A DNA stretch of 33,203 nt from Dehalococcoidales bacterium (GCA_030640255.1 DAOWJS010000103.1:1-33203), one strand, 5' to 3'. Shown: positions 1 through 8,523, numbered from the stretch's first letter. The notes: generated by a model from the sequence alone, not told the origin. Translations and numbers: made by a program.

Positions 1-14
1 AAAGGAGGAGTAAA

Positions 15-1349
15 ATGAGAAAGATTGATGTAAGGATTATAGGGGGAAGTGCTGCTGGCATTGAGGCAGCGATTATTGCCCAACAACAGTACCCTTCTAA
101 GAAGGTTATTGTTGTTCGAAGGGAAGAAAAGACTCTTGTTCCCTGTGGTATCCCTTATATTATGGGAACTTTGGGGTCTGCAGAGGAGGATGTGATACCT
201 ACCGCCCTTTTAGGCGATGTCGAGTTAATAGTTGATGAGGTTACTTCCATTAATAGGGAAGCGAAGAGTATAACTACCACTGGAGGCAAGACTATTGGCT
301 ATGACAGGCTGGTACTGGCTACAGGCTCACGGCCAACGGTACCTCCCATACCAGGTGCTGATTTGGAGAATGTCTTTACCATCAGAAAGGAGATAGATTA
401 TCTCCAGAAACTGAAGGAGGCTTTAAAGCAGGCTAAGGATGTAGTCATCGTTGGTGGTGGCTTCATCGGGGCCGAATTTGCCGATGAGTGCCGCAAGATG
501 GGAGTTAATGTAACCATTATTGAATTACTAGATCACTGTCTCATGTTAAACTGTGATGAGGATTTATGCATCCGAATTGAGGACAAGATGAGAGAAGTTG
601 GGGTACAAGTGAATACTATGTGCCGGGTAAAATCAATTGTTGGCGATAAGAAAGTTGAGCATGTGGAGTGTGATAAAGGGCTGCGTTTTAAAGCAGGCGT
701 AGTAATTCTAGCCATAGGTGTAGTGCCCAACACTGAGCTGGCTCATGATGCCGGATTGAAGATTGGTGAACAGAGAGGCATATGGGTTGACCAGTATATG
801 ATAACCAGTGACCCTAATATCTTTGCCATCGGTGATTGTGCTGAGAAGTTCTGCTTCTTCACCGGTAAACCCACGGCCACCCGTCTTGCCTCAGTAGCTA
901 CCAGAGAGGCTAGAATCGCTGGGGCTAATCTCTTCCAGACACGGCGGCGTAGAAACCGGGGCACCATAGGTGTATTCGGGACTATGATTACTGATACTGC
1001 CATGGGAGTAGCCGGGCTCACTGAGAGAGCAGCCAAGAATTTAGGCTTTGATTTAGTTACCGGAGAAGCAGCCGCGATGGACAAGCATCCCGGAGCAATG
1101 CCAGGTGCTAGAGAACTGCGTGTCAAGCTTATCTTTGACCGAAGTTCAGGGAAAATGATAGGTGGTGAGGCCTGTGGAGGCATAACTGCAGGTGAGATTG
1201 CCAATGTCATGGCTCAAGCTATCGCTGGTGGAATGACAGCAGATGAGATAGCTGCTGCCCAGATAGGCACCCACCCTGCGCTGACAGCATCACCATTAGT
1301 TTATCAGATTGTAAATGCCGCTGAAGAGGCTGTAGTGAAGCTACGTTAA
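15..1349 (+). CDS. FAD-dependent pyridine nucleotide-disulfide oxidoreductase (NADH oxidase / CoA-disulfide reductase family)
   Basis: N-terminal FAD-binding IIGGSAAG, single redox Cys in VPCGIPY, ATGS motif, NAD(H)-binding VGGGFIGAE, FAIGD second FAD motif and a C-terminal dimerisation domain; SD AGGAGG upstream. Confidence 0.9.
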   Translation: MRKIDVRIIGGSAAGIEAAIIAQQQYPSKKVIVVRREEKTLVPCGIPYIMGTLGSAEEDVIPTALLGDVELIVDEVTSINREAKSITTTGGKTIGYDRLVLATGSRPTVPPIPGADLENVFTIRKEIDYLQKLKEALKQAKDVVIVGGGFIGAEFADECRKMGVNVTIIELLDHCLMLNCDEDLCIRIEDKMREVGVQVNTMCRVKSIVGDKKVEHVECDKGLRFKAGVVILAIGVVPNTELAHDAGLKIGEQRGIWVDQYMITSDPNIFAIGDCAEKFCFFTGKPTATRLASVATREARIAGANLFQTRRRRNRGTIGVFGTMITDTAMGVAGLTERAAKNLGFDLVTGEAAAMDKHPGAMPGARELRVKLIFDRSSGKMIGGEACGGITAGEIANVMAQAIAGGMTADEIAAAQIGTHPALTASPLVYQIVNAAEEAVVKLR

Positions 1350-1363
1350 GGAGGAGGAAAGCT

Positions 1364-1642
1364 ATGCCAATTTATGACTTCAGGTGCCGGGAGTGTGGCA
1401 GAGTCTTGAAGATATTTCTTCGTGATACCAATCAGATGGCTCGCTGCTCTGGCTGTGGGAGTGATAATATGGAGAGGCTTTTCTCAACATCCTATATGAT
1501 AAAGATGAATGCTTCAGCGCCAGGTACCACCTGCTGCGGCAGAACCGAGCGCTGTGAAACGCCCCCTGCTCTACAGAGGGCGTATGCCGCAGAGAGTAAA
1601 GGCATATATATGCAGATATTAGCTCAGGAGGTCTATAAATGA
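1364..1642 (+). CDS. FmdB-family zinc-ribbon protein; probable 1-nt frameshift near the C-terminus
   Basis: MPIYDFRCRECG...CSGCGS signature. A Cys-rich tail (CSTEGVCRRE*, ending at 1599) lies in another frame after the C5 run at 1562-1566. Confidence 0.85.
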   Translation: MPIYDFRCRECGRVLKIFLRDTNQMARCSGCGSDNMERLFSTSYMIKMNASAPGTTCCGRTERCETPPALQRAYAAESKGIYMQILAQEVYK

Positions 1643-1977
1643 GGTATGCAATACCAGTAAGTAGCGGCGGGCTATCAGCACACTTTGGTCACTGCGAGCA
1701 TTTCGCTTTGATTGACGTTGATGAAGAAAAAAAGAAAGTTTTGGGAAAGGAGCTTGTCCCCTCACCGGGGCACCAGCCTGGACTTCTCCCCCAATGGCTG
1801 GCTGAGCAGGGAGTCTCAGTGGTGATTGCTGGTGGGATGGGCTCCCGTGCTCAGAGCCTTTTTAACCAAAACCACATCGGCGTTGTCATTGGCGCTCTTG
1901 AGAGCGACCCGGAGAAGGCAGTCTTGAATTATCTGAATGGCATGCTGGCTATTGGGGATAATATATGTGACCACTAG
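1639..1977 (+). CDS. NifB/NifX-family (dinitrogenase FeMo-cofactor biosynthesis-like) protein
   Basis: YAIPV...SAHFGHCEHF, VVIAGGMG and a C-terminal ICDH, typical of stand-alone NifX-like proteins. Confidence 0.88.
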   Translation: MRYAIPVSSGGLSAHFGHCEHFALIDVDEEKKKVLGKELVPSPGHQPGLLPQWLAEQGVSVVIAGGMGSRAQSLFNQNHIGVVIGALESDPEKAVLNYLNGMLAIGDNICDH

Positions 1978-2004
1978 GACGGAAACTGAAATGGAGGAAA
2001 GCTT

Positions 2005-3009
2005 ATGGTAACTGAGGAGCAGGTAAGGGAAAGCCTGAGTCAGGTGCTGGTTCCCGGTATCAAGCGAAGTCTAGAAGCTTTGAATCTGGTTCGTAAGGTC
2101 ACTGTGTCTGACCAAGAGGTTAAGGTTACTCTGGCTTCAGCAGCGCTAAGTAGTGGTGCTCAGGACTGGGTTAAGACCAAGACGAAAGAAGTCATAGAGA
2201 AGCTACCTGAGGTAAACAAAGTAGAGGTAGAATTTATTGAGGCTAAGCCGGCAGAGCTGAACAAGATTGGCCACACCTTTGCTGTAATGAGTGGCAAGGG
2301 GGGTGTGGGTAAGTCGTTAGTAGCTAGCCTGGCGGCGGTAGTGCTAAAGCGTCAGGGTTATGAGGTGGGTATCCTTGATGCTGACATCACCGGCCCCAGT
2401 ATTCCCAAGATGTTTGGCATCACTGCCCGACCTGCTGGCAGCGAAAGTGGCATACTGCCGGTGCTGTCAAGGTCAGGCATAGCGGTGATGTCCATCAATC
2501 TTCTTCTACCCAGCGAGGATGATGCCGTTATCTGGCGTGGACCCCTGATTGGGAAAACAATTACCCAGTTTGGGGAAGATGTACTCTGGGGCAAACTTGA
2601 TTATCTAATTATAGACCTGCCTCCGGGCACAGCTGACGCCCCACTTACTGTAATGCAATCATTCTCGGTATCAGGGGTTATTATCGTTTTCACCCCTCAA
2701 GACCTAGTTGAGATGATAGTTAGAAAGGCAATAAACATGACTCAAAAAATGGGAAAACCTATCCTGGGTGTGGTGGAGAATATGAGCTATTTATATGTAC
2801 CTGAAATAGATAAAAAAATTGAACTCTTTGGTAAAAGTCACGGAGAGGAAATGGCACAAGCAGCCCATGCTCCGCTTTTGGGACAACTACCAATAGACCC
2901 AGAGTTGGCTAAGCTGTGTGATGAGGGAAATATTGAGCGTTATGATGCTGAAATTATGAATAGCTTCAGTAAGTCTCTTTCCGAAGCGATATCAGCTAAG
3001 GCAGGCTGA
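2005..3009 (+). CDS. mrp: Mrp/NBP35 (ApbC)-family ATPase with N-terminal DUF59-like domain
   Basis: Deviant Walker A SGKGGVGKS, DADITGPSIP, VIWRGP, DLPPGTAD and GVVENMS motifs. Confidence 0.92.
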   Translation: MVTEEQVRESLSQVLVPGIKRSLEALNLVRKVTVSDQEVKVTLASAALSSGAQDWVKTKTKEVIEKLPEVNKVEVEFIEAKPAELNKIGHTFAVMSGKGGVGKSLVASLAAVVLKRQGYEVGILDADITGPSIPKMFGITARPAGSESGILPVLSRSGIAVMSINLLLPSEDDAVIWRGPLIGKTITQFGEDVLWGKLDYLIIDLPPGTADAPLTVMQSFSVSGVIIVFTPQDLVEMIVRKAINMTQKMGKPILGVVENMSYLYVPEIDKKIELFGKSHGEEMAQAAHAPLLGQLPIDPELAKLCDEGNIERYDAEIMNSFSKSLSEAISAKAG

Positions 3010-3025
3010 TACAGGAGGCAATGCC

Positions 3026-3475
3026 ATGACTTCATCATGGGAGCAGTTTGAAGAACTTATCAAAGCCGAGATGAGGAAGGTCTACTCCGAGACAGCTATT
3101 GACCATTCCATGAACCCCAGAAATGTAGGCGATATGAAGGATGCCGATGGCTTTGCTAAGGTAACTGGTCCCTGTGGTGATACTATGGAGATATGGCTCA
3201 AAGTAAAGAACGGCACTGTTGCCAATGCTACTTTCATGACTGATGGCTGTGGAACCAGCATTGCCGCAGGTAGCATAGTTACTGAGCTGGCCAAGGGAAA
3301 GAGCATTAGTGAAGCCCGAAGGATTAACCAGCAGGATGTCTTAAGTGCTTTAGGCGGGCTGCCGGAGGAAAGCGAACATTGTGCTCTTCTGGCGGCAAAT
3401 ACACTGAGGGGAGCAATAAGAGATTACCTGGCGATGAAGAAGGAGCCATGGAAAAGGGCTTACCGCAAACATTAA
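3026..3475 (+). CDS. IscU/NifU-N-type Fe-S cluster scaffold
   Basis: NPRNVG, GPCGDTM, DGCGTSIA and EHCA supply the three conserved scaffold cysteines. Confidence 0.9.
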   Translation: MTSSWEQFEELIKAEMRKVYSETAIDHSMNPRNVGDMKDADGFAKVTGPCGDTMEIWLKVKNGTVANATFMTDGCGTSIAAGSIVTELAKGKSISEARRINQQDVLSALGGLPEESEHCALLAANTLRGAIRDYLAMKKEPWKRAYRKH

Positions 3476-3490
3476 GGAGAGGAATAGACA

Positions 3491-4138
3491 ATGCCACCCA
3501 TAGTTTCAGTCATAGGTAAATCAAAATCAGGTAAGACAACCCTTATTGAGAAGCTGATTCCAGAATTAAGGTCGCGTGGTTACCGGGTGGCTACCATCAA
3601 GCATATCCCTCAGGGCGTTAGCTTTGATGAGCCAGGTAAGGATAGCTGGCGCCACATTCAGGCAGGGAGCGAGGCTACAGCTATTAGCTCCCCGGATAAG
3701 ATTGTGATGATAAAGCCTGTTGCTCAAGATGCTAGTCTTGATGAGATAGCACGCCTCTTGGGTGAGGACTACGACATTATCTTAACTGAAGGCTTTAAGC
3801 AGGGAAATGTCCCCAAGATAGAGGCCCACCGTAAGGATGCAGGCTCACCCCTCAAAGATATTAAGAAACTTATTGGCATAGTCACCGATGAACCTCTGGA
3901 AACCAAGGCAAGGCAGTTCCCCCTAGACGGTATTAAGGACATTGCTGACCTTCTAGAGAAAGGCTTTATAAAGCCACAAGCAGAGCGGGTATCTCTTCAC
4001 GTTAATAATACGCCCATAACCTTAACCGCCTTCCCTAAGCAAATCATAAGCAATGTCCTTCTGGCTATGGCCTCCTGCCTGAAGGGGGTGGGAGAAATCA
4101 GGAATCTCCAGATTTTCTTGAAGAAGGGGCGAACATGA
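3491..4138 (+). CDS. mobB: Molybdopterin-guanine dinucleotide biosynthesis protein B with C-terminal extension
   Basis: GKSKSGKTTLIEKLI, VATIKH, FDEPGKDSWRH and ILTEGFK motifs. Confidence 0.92.
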   Translation: MPPIVSVIGKSKSGKTTLIEKLIPELRSRGYRVATIKHIPQGVSFDEPGKDSWRHIQAGSEATAISSPDKIVMIKPVAQDASLDEIARLLGEDYDIILTEGFKQGNVPKIEAHRKDAGSPLKDIKKLIGIVTDEPLETKARQFPLDGIKDIADLLEKGFIKPQAERVSLHVNNTPITLTAFPKQIISNVLLAMASCLKGVGEIRNLQIFLKKGRT

Positions 4139-4224
4139 GCCTGAAAGATTACTACCAGATACTTGGTGTAAGCAGAGATGCGAGTGCTGGAGATATAAAG
4201 AAAGCCTTCCGCCGCCAATGTTGA
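4135..4224 (+). pseudogene. Truncated DnaJ J-domain stump (29 aa)
   Basis: Manual translation MSLKDYYQILGVSRDASAGDIKKAFRRQC* matches J-domain helices I-II and stops just before the HPD motif; its ATG overlaps the mobB stop (ATGA). Confidence 0.85.
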
Positions 4225-4252
4225 CAGGGCTAAGGCATGTGGAGGCAGGATA

Positions 4253-5026
4253 ATGGTAAATTCTATTATCTATGGACCGGTACCATCCTGGCGACTAGGC
4301 AGGTCACTAGGTATAGACCTTTTGTCCACCAAAGGAAAGGCCTGCTCTTTTGATTGTATCTATTGTCAGCTGGGAAGGACTACTCACCCACTGGTGGAGC
4401 GAAAGGAGTTTGTCAGCCTGGATAAGCTTGCCGAGGAACTGAAAGTAGTAAGAGACATTGCTGCCGACTATGTTACCTTCTCCGGGGTAGGAGAACCAAC
4501 ATTGGCTTCTAACCTTGGTGAGGCGATAGCGCTGGTAAGGTCAGTTTTAGAACTACCAGTGGCCGTGATCACCAATTCTTCACTAATGACCAGAGAAGAT
4601 GTGCGCCACGAGCTTGGTTTAGCTCATGTGGTGGTAGCCAAGGTGGACGCCCCAAGTGAAGAGCTGTTTCGGCAAATTAACCGGCCTTCTGTAGGATGCA
4701 GCACTCTTGATGGAATTATCCGCTCTATCCAGCTTTTCAGACAGGAATATGAAGGCAAGCTGGCTCTCCAGATGATGTTCGTTGAGGCAAATAAGAGCTA
4801 CGCACCGGAGATGGCAAACATAGCTGAACAGCTCTTACCCGATGAAGTACAGATTAACACGCCGCTACGCCCTTGTGCCGTTCCACCTCTAGCTCCTGAA
4901 GACATTAGCGCCATACGACAGGCATTCTCCAGTCTCAGGGGTGTAGTGACAGTATACCAAGCATCAAGGCCTGACGTTGTCTCTTTGAATCAGGAGGAGA
5001 CGTTACTGCGTCGGCCGGAGCTTTGA
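4253..5026 (+). CDS. Radical SAM Fe-S oxidoreductase (COG0731-like)
   Basis: YGPVPSWRLGRSLGID, CxxxCxxC motif CSFDCIYC, TFSGVGEPTL and VQINTPLRP. Confidence 0.88.
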   Translation: MVNSIIYGPVPSWRLGRSLGIDLLSTKGKACSFDCIYCQLGRTTHPLVERKEFVSLDKLAEELKVVRDIAADYVTFSGVGEPTLASNLGEAIALVRSVLELPVAVITNSSLMTREDVRHELGLAHVVVAKVDAPSEELFRQINRPSVGCSTLDGIIRSIQLFRQEYEGKLALQMMFVEANKSYAPEMANIAEQLLPDEVQINTPLRPCAVPPLAPEDISAIRQAFSSLRGVVTVYQASRPDVVSLNQEETLLRRPEL

Positions 5027-5031
5027 CCACC

Positions 5032-5303
5032 TAGGAACTAGAGCGGGCGTGACTCGAGGTTCAGAACTCTCTATCGGATAGGAAGCTTGATATCGAAGAT
5101 ATGTCGCTTACGCAGAGCTATGTGGCTGTTCTGAAGAGCTTACTGGAATCCGCTCCAATACTCGAGCAAAAAGCATACTTGAAGTCATTTGTCAGAAGTA
5201 TTGAGGTATCCAAATCTGAGGTTACTGTAAACTACTCTCTTCCGATGCCCATATCCAATACCGGTAGGGAAAGTGTTGGAGTTCTTGCTTTTAGATTGAG
5301 TGG
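5032..5303 (+). pseudogene. C-terminal relic of a large serine recombinase (integrase) running into the tRNA-Lys 3' end
   Basis: The frame reads *ELERA*LEVQNSLSDRKLDIEDMSLTQSYVAVLKSLLESAPILEQKAYLKSFVRSIEVSKSEVTVNYSLPMP...VGVLAF. This resembles the coiled-coil/C-terminal tail of tRNA-targeting serine recombinases; in-frame stops at 5032 and 5050, no catalytic domain. Confidence 0.65.
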
Positions 5304-5376
5304 TAGGCCGTGCAGGTCTCGAACCTGCGACACCCTGATTAAAAGTCAGGTGCTCTGCCAACTGAGCTAACGGCCC
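5301..5376 (-). tRNA. tRNA-Lys (anticodon UUU)
   Basis: Reverse complement GGGCCGTTAGCTCAGTTGGCAGAGCACCTGACTTTTAATCAGGGTGTCGCAGGTTCGAGACCTGCACGGCCTACCA folds as a cloverleaf with anticodon TTT and encoded CCA. Confidence 0.97.
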
Positions 5377-5426
5377 GTATTTAACCTTAGTGAGTTGTCA
5401 CAGCGATACTTTGTTTATACGCTCCG

Positions 5427-5455
5427 ATTTTAGCAAAGCTGGGATACCAATGCAA
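5427..5455 (-). promoter_or_regulatory. Sigma70-type promoter for tRNA-Lys(UUU)
   Basis: Minus strand TTGCAT-17 nt-TAAAAT with extended -10 TG. Confidence 0.6.
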
Positions 5456-5488
5456 ATATGACACGTTAGGGCACTGATTCTTTTTAGC

Positions 5489-5695
5489 TTATTTCCTGCC
5501 CATCTTGGTCAGGAGCCAGGAGACCCATTGCTCAATTCCCTGACCAGTGACACAAGAGACTTGAAAAATCTCTACTTTCTTGTTTATCCCCTTGATTGCT
5601 TGAGAAAAAGTCTGAATATCAAACTCCAGGTATGGCAAAAGGTCAATTACTGTCTCCTCACATCCGCCACACGAAGCACACCAATAAAAAGCAAA
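5489..5695 (-). pseudogene. Chimeric deletion scar: [NiFe]-hydrogenase small-subunit N-terminus fused in frame to the HypB C-terminus
   Basis: Manual minus-strand translation FAFYWCASCGGCEETVIDL|LPYLEFDIQTFSQAIKGINKKVEIFQVSCVTGQGIEQWVSWLLTKMGRK*; there is no start codon. Confidence 0.8.
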
Positions 5696-5726
5696 ACAAT
5701 TTCGGGTTGTAATGCGGAGGAGGGGG

Positions 5727-7460
5727 CTATCCCTTGAATCGGTTGGTAATGGGCAATCTCCTATCTCTACCGAATGCCCGGGGAGTTACCTTGACCCCTG
5801 GCGGCGCCTGGCGACGCTTATACTCGCTCGTGTCCACTAACCAGGCAGCCCGCCTGACCACCTCTTCATCAATTCCCATAGCCATAATCTGCTCTACGCT
5901 TTTGTCCTCCTCGACATAAGCGGTTAACACCGGGTCGAGCAGGTCGTAGGGAGGCAGGGTGTCAGTATCCTTTTGTTCCGGCCTTAGCTCAGCCGAGGGC
6001 ACCTTGTCTATGATGGTGGAAGGTATAAGCTCCAACCCGGCTATTGAGTTTCGGTATCTGGCGAGTTTGTAGACCATGGTCTTGTATACGTCCTTTAGCA
6101 CGGCAAAGCCACCGGCCATATCCCCAAACAACGTGGTGTAGCCGGTGGCCATTTCGCTCTTGTTGCCCGTGGTCAGAACCAGCCAGCCGAATTTGTTGGA
6201 TAACGCCATGAGGATATTGCCTCGGACACGAGCTTGAATATTTTCCTCAGTCACATTGGGCTCAGTCCCTTCAAAAGATGGAGCCAGCATCTCAAGGTAG
6301 TCTTGAAAAACCTTCTCAATAGGGATAGTTATCAGCCTGATATCCAGGTTATGAGCCAGCAACTCAGCGTCTGAAATACTGCCCGGAGAAGAGTATCTTG
6401 AGGGCATCGCTACCCCGACCACGCTTGATGGCCCCAGGGCGTCAACGGCAATAGCAGCCACTAAGCTGGAGTCAATGCCTCCAGAAAGACCAATCAGTAC
6501 CTTCTCAAAACCATTCTTGATGATGTAATCGTGCGTGCCCAACACCAGCGCATCATAGACCTCCCCGGGCAGGCCATGCACCTCAAGTTGCCTTGGCGGT
6601 AGCGGTGGTTTTGGAGCTGCCGAAGGCACTTCAGACACCACTAATTTGGTCTCACGCCACCCTTGCTCTTCCAGAAGCGGCGTCCCCTTTCTCCACCTAG
6701 GGTCGTGAAGACGCGCCCGAAAGACAGCCTCAACATCAAGGTCAGCTACTATCAGGTCTTCTTCAAACTGCTTACCCCTGGCTATCAGCCGCCCCTTCTC
6801 ATCCAGCACCAGGCTATTGCCATCAAAGACCAGCTCATCCTGCCCTCCTACCAGATTGTTGTAAGCCACGATAGCTACATTGTCCGAGGCACGGGCTCCC
6901 ATCATTCTTTCCCTGAAGTCTCCCTTGCCAAAATGATATGGCGAAGCACTTATGTTCACTATGACCTCAGCCCCGGAGTAGACTTGTACCGTAGTTGGCC
7001 CGCCCTCGTACCAGAGGTCTTCACAAATGCTGATGCCGACACCAACGCCAGCTATGATATAGACGGGATACTCCTTCCCCGCCTGAAAGTAGCGGTTCTC
7101 ATCAAAGACTCCGTAGTTGGGCAGGTATATCTTGTGATAGACACTAACCAGCTTGCCATCGTGGATGACAGCGGCAGCATTGTAGATGTCACCTTTGGCA
7201 TCAACGAAACCAACCACCAGGGTAAGCCCCGAGGAGTGTTCAACCACCTGGTCAAGAGACCTTAGATTTTCCTCGATAAACCGTGGCTTAAGCAGAAGGT
7301 CCTCCGGCGGGTAGCCGCAGATGGCAAGCTCAGGAAAGGTAAGGAGGTCAACCCCTAAAGACCTGGCTTCGGTGATGGCTTCCAGAATCTTCTGAGTGTT
7401 ACCCTGAAGGTCACCAACGGTAGTATTGATCTGAGCCATACCTATTCGTAGTCTGCGCAC
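5727..7460 (-). CDS. nadE: Glutamine-dependent NAD+ synthetase
   Basis: N-terminal nitrilase-type glutaminase domain (FPEL, YHK, ICED) plus synthetase domain (GLSGGIDSS, ENIQARVR, TGNKSE, PSAEL, EYKRRQ); GTG start with SD GGAGG. Confidence 0.96.
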   Translation of the reverse strand: MRRLRIGMAQINTTVGDLQGNTQKILEAITEARSLGVDLLTFPELAICGYPPEDLLLKPRFIEENLRSLDQVVEHSSGLTLVVGFVDAKGDIYNAAAVIHDGKLVSVYHKIYLPNYGVFDENRYFQAGKEYPVYIIAGVGVGISICEDLWYEGGPTTVQVYSGAEVIVNISASPYHFGKGDFRERMMGARASDNVAIVAYNNLVGGQDELVFDGNSLVLDEKGRLIARGKQFEEDLIVADLDVEAVFRARLHDPRWRKGTPLLEEQGWRETKLVVSEVPSAAPKPPLPPRQLEVHGLPGEVYDALVLGTHDYIIKNGFEKVLIGLSGGIDSSLVAAIAVDALGPSSVVGVAMPSRYSSPGSISDAELLAHNLDIRLITIPIEKVFQDYLEMLAPSFEGTEPNVTEENIQARVRGNILMALSNKFGWLVLTTGNKSEMATGYTTLFGDMAGGFAVLKDVYKTMVYKLARYRNSIAGLELIPSTIIDKVPSAELRPEQKDTDTLPPYDLLDPVLTAYVEEDKSVEQIMAMGIDEEVVRRAAWLVDTSEYKRRQAPPGVKVTPRAFGRDRRLPITNRFKG

Positions 7461-7523
7461 ACTAATTCCTCCACCCGTAGCGAACTACACTCGACTCACC
7501 AGCTTGGGTAAGCATCACTCTTT

Positions 7524-7552
7524 ACTATACTCAGCTTCAAGCCGAAAAGCAA
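7524..7552 (-). promoter_or_regulatory. Sigma70-type promoter for nadE
   Basis: Minus strand TTGCTT-17 nt-TATAGT. Confidence 0.5.
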
Positions 7553-7601
7553 TGGCTTTACTGTTAAAAACGCCCGTTATCAGCACCAGAATGTAGTCTA
7601 T

Positions 7602-7630
7602 TTCCAAGAATCGGTTTTTTATGATACATT
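7602..7630 (+). promoter_or_regulatory. Putative promoter for the liv operon (probably leaderless)
   Basis: TTCCAA-17 nt-TACATT with TG extension; it ends 7 nt before the ATG and there is no SD. Confidence 0.4.
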
Positions 7631-7637
7631 TATAACA

Positions 7638-8522
7638 ATGGTTAACTGGGCACAAGTTATATTTAATTCCGGCGTCACCGGTAGCCTGTATCTTATTGGA
7701 GCTGTAGGTCTTACCTTAACCTATGGTTTGTCTAAATTCCCAAATTTTGCTCATGCTGAATTTATGACTTTGGGTGCCTATATAGGATATTTTGTGGCTG
7801 AGCAATTAGGATTAGGCTTACCGCTAGCTCTGCTTGTTGCCTTCTTGATTGCTGGGCTAGTGGGGGTTCTATGTTACCGTGGTATTTTTCAGCCCCTAGC
7901 TAAAAGGGGAGCCAGCATCATCCATCTTATGGTGGCTTCTATAGCCCTGGGCTTTATCCTCAGGCATTCCATTGGTGCTGCTTGGACTTGGAAACCCTTG
8001 TATTTTACTGCTACCTGGTCTGCCTTCGATGCAGGTCCACTGAGAATCACTGGCCTTTGGCTCTGGCTTATCTTTGCCGCTCTAGTTTTATCGCTTGCCA
8101 TGCACTTCCTCTTGATGAATACCAAGATAGGCAAAGCCATCAGGGCAAGCTCCAGTAATCCCGAGCTTGCCTTAGCCTCCGGCATCAACGTTGATCGAGT
8201 GATTTGGATAACTTGGTTTATTGGTGCTGGACTCGCTGCCGTTGCTGGCATCTTTCGCGGTGCAGATACTCAGATTTGGCCCATGACAGGCTGGGACATC
8301 ATATTACCCATCTTCGCCGTTGCCATACTTGGTGGCATCGGCAACTTCTATGGGGCAATAGCCGCCGCCTTTATCATTGGATTAGCTGAAAATATCGGGG
8401 TGGTGGGTTTGATAGCCTTGGGGCTTTCTACAACATATCGTACAGGTATAGCTTTCTTGATTCTCATAATAACCTTAATTGTAAGGCCACAGGGACTAGC
8501 TATGTTGTTTAGGAGGGCTTAA
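7638..8522 (+). CDS. livH: Branched-chain amino-acid ABC transporter permease
   Basis: AVGLTLTYG...NFAHAEF, TKIGKAIRA and ILGGIG motifs; hydrophobic. Confidence 0.9.
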   Translation: MVNWAQVIFNSGVTGSLYLIGAVGLTLTYGLSKFPNFAHAEFMTLGAYIGYFVAEQLGLGLPLALLVAFLIAGLVGVLCYRGIFQPLAKRGASIIHLMVASIALGFILRHSIGAAWTWKPLYFTATWSAFDAGPLRITGLWLWLIFAALVLSLAMHFLLMNTKIGKAIRASSSNPELALASGINVDRVIWITWFIGAGLAAVAGIFRGADTQIWPMTGWDIILPIFAVAILGGIGNFYGAIAAAFIIGLAENIGVVGLIALGLSTTYRTGIAFLILIITLIVRPQGLAMLFRRA

Positions 8523-8523
8523 T

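Noticed and set aside
1639-3475. Nitrogen-fixation locus
   Set aside because: NifX-like and NifU-like proteins are widespread in non-diazotrophs; no nifHDK/ENB is present.
5050-5052. In-frame TGA as selenocysteine
   Set aside because: It lies in a decayed recombinase with a second stop (TAG 5032), has no Cys-type context and no evident SECIS.
5101-5370. 89-aa ORF as an intact gene
   Set aside because: Its last 23 or so codons are the antisense of tRNA-Lys, and the homology-like frame extends upstream through stop codons; it is a recombinase relic.
5528-5737. 69-aa plus-strand ORF
   Set aside because: Antisense shadow of the hydrogenase/HypB scar, which carries the recognisable motifs.
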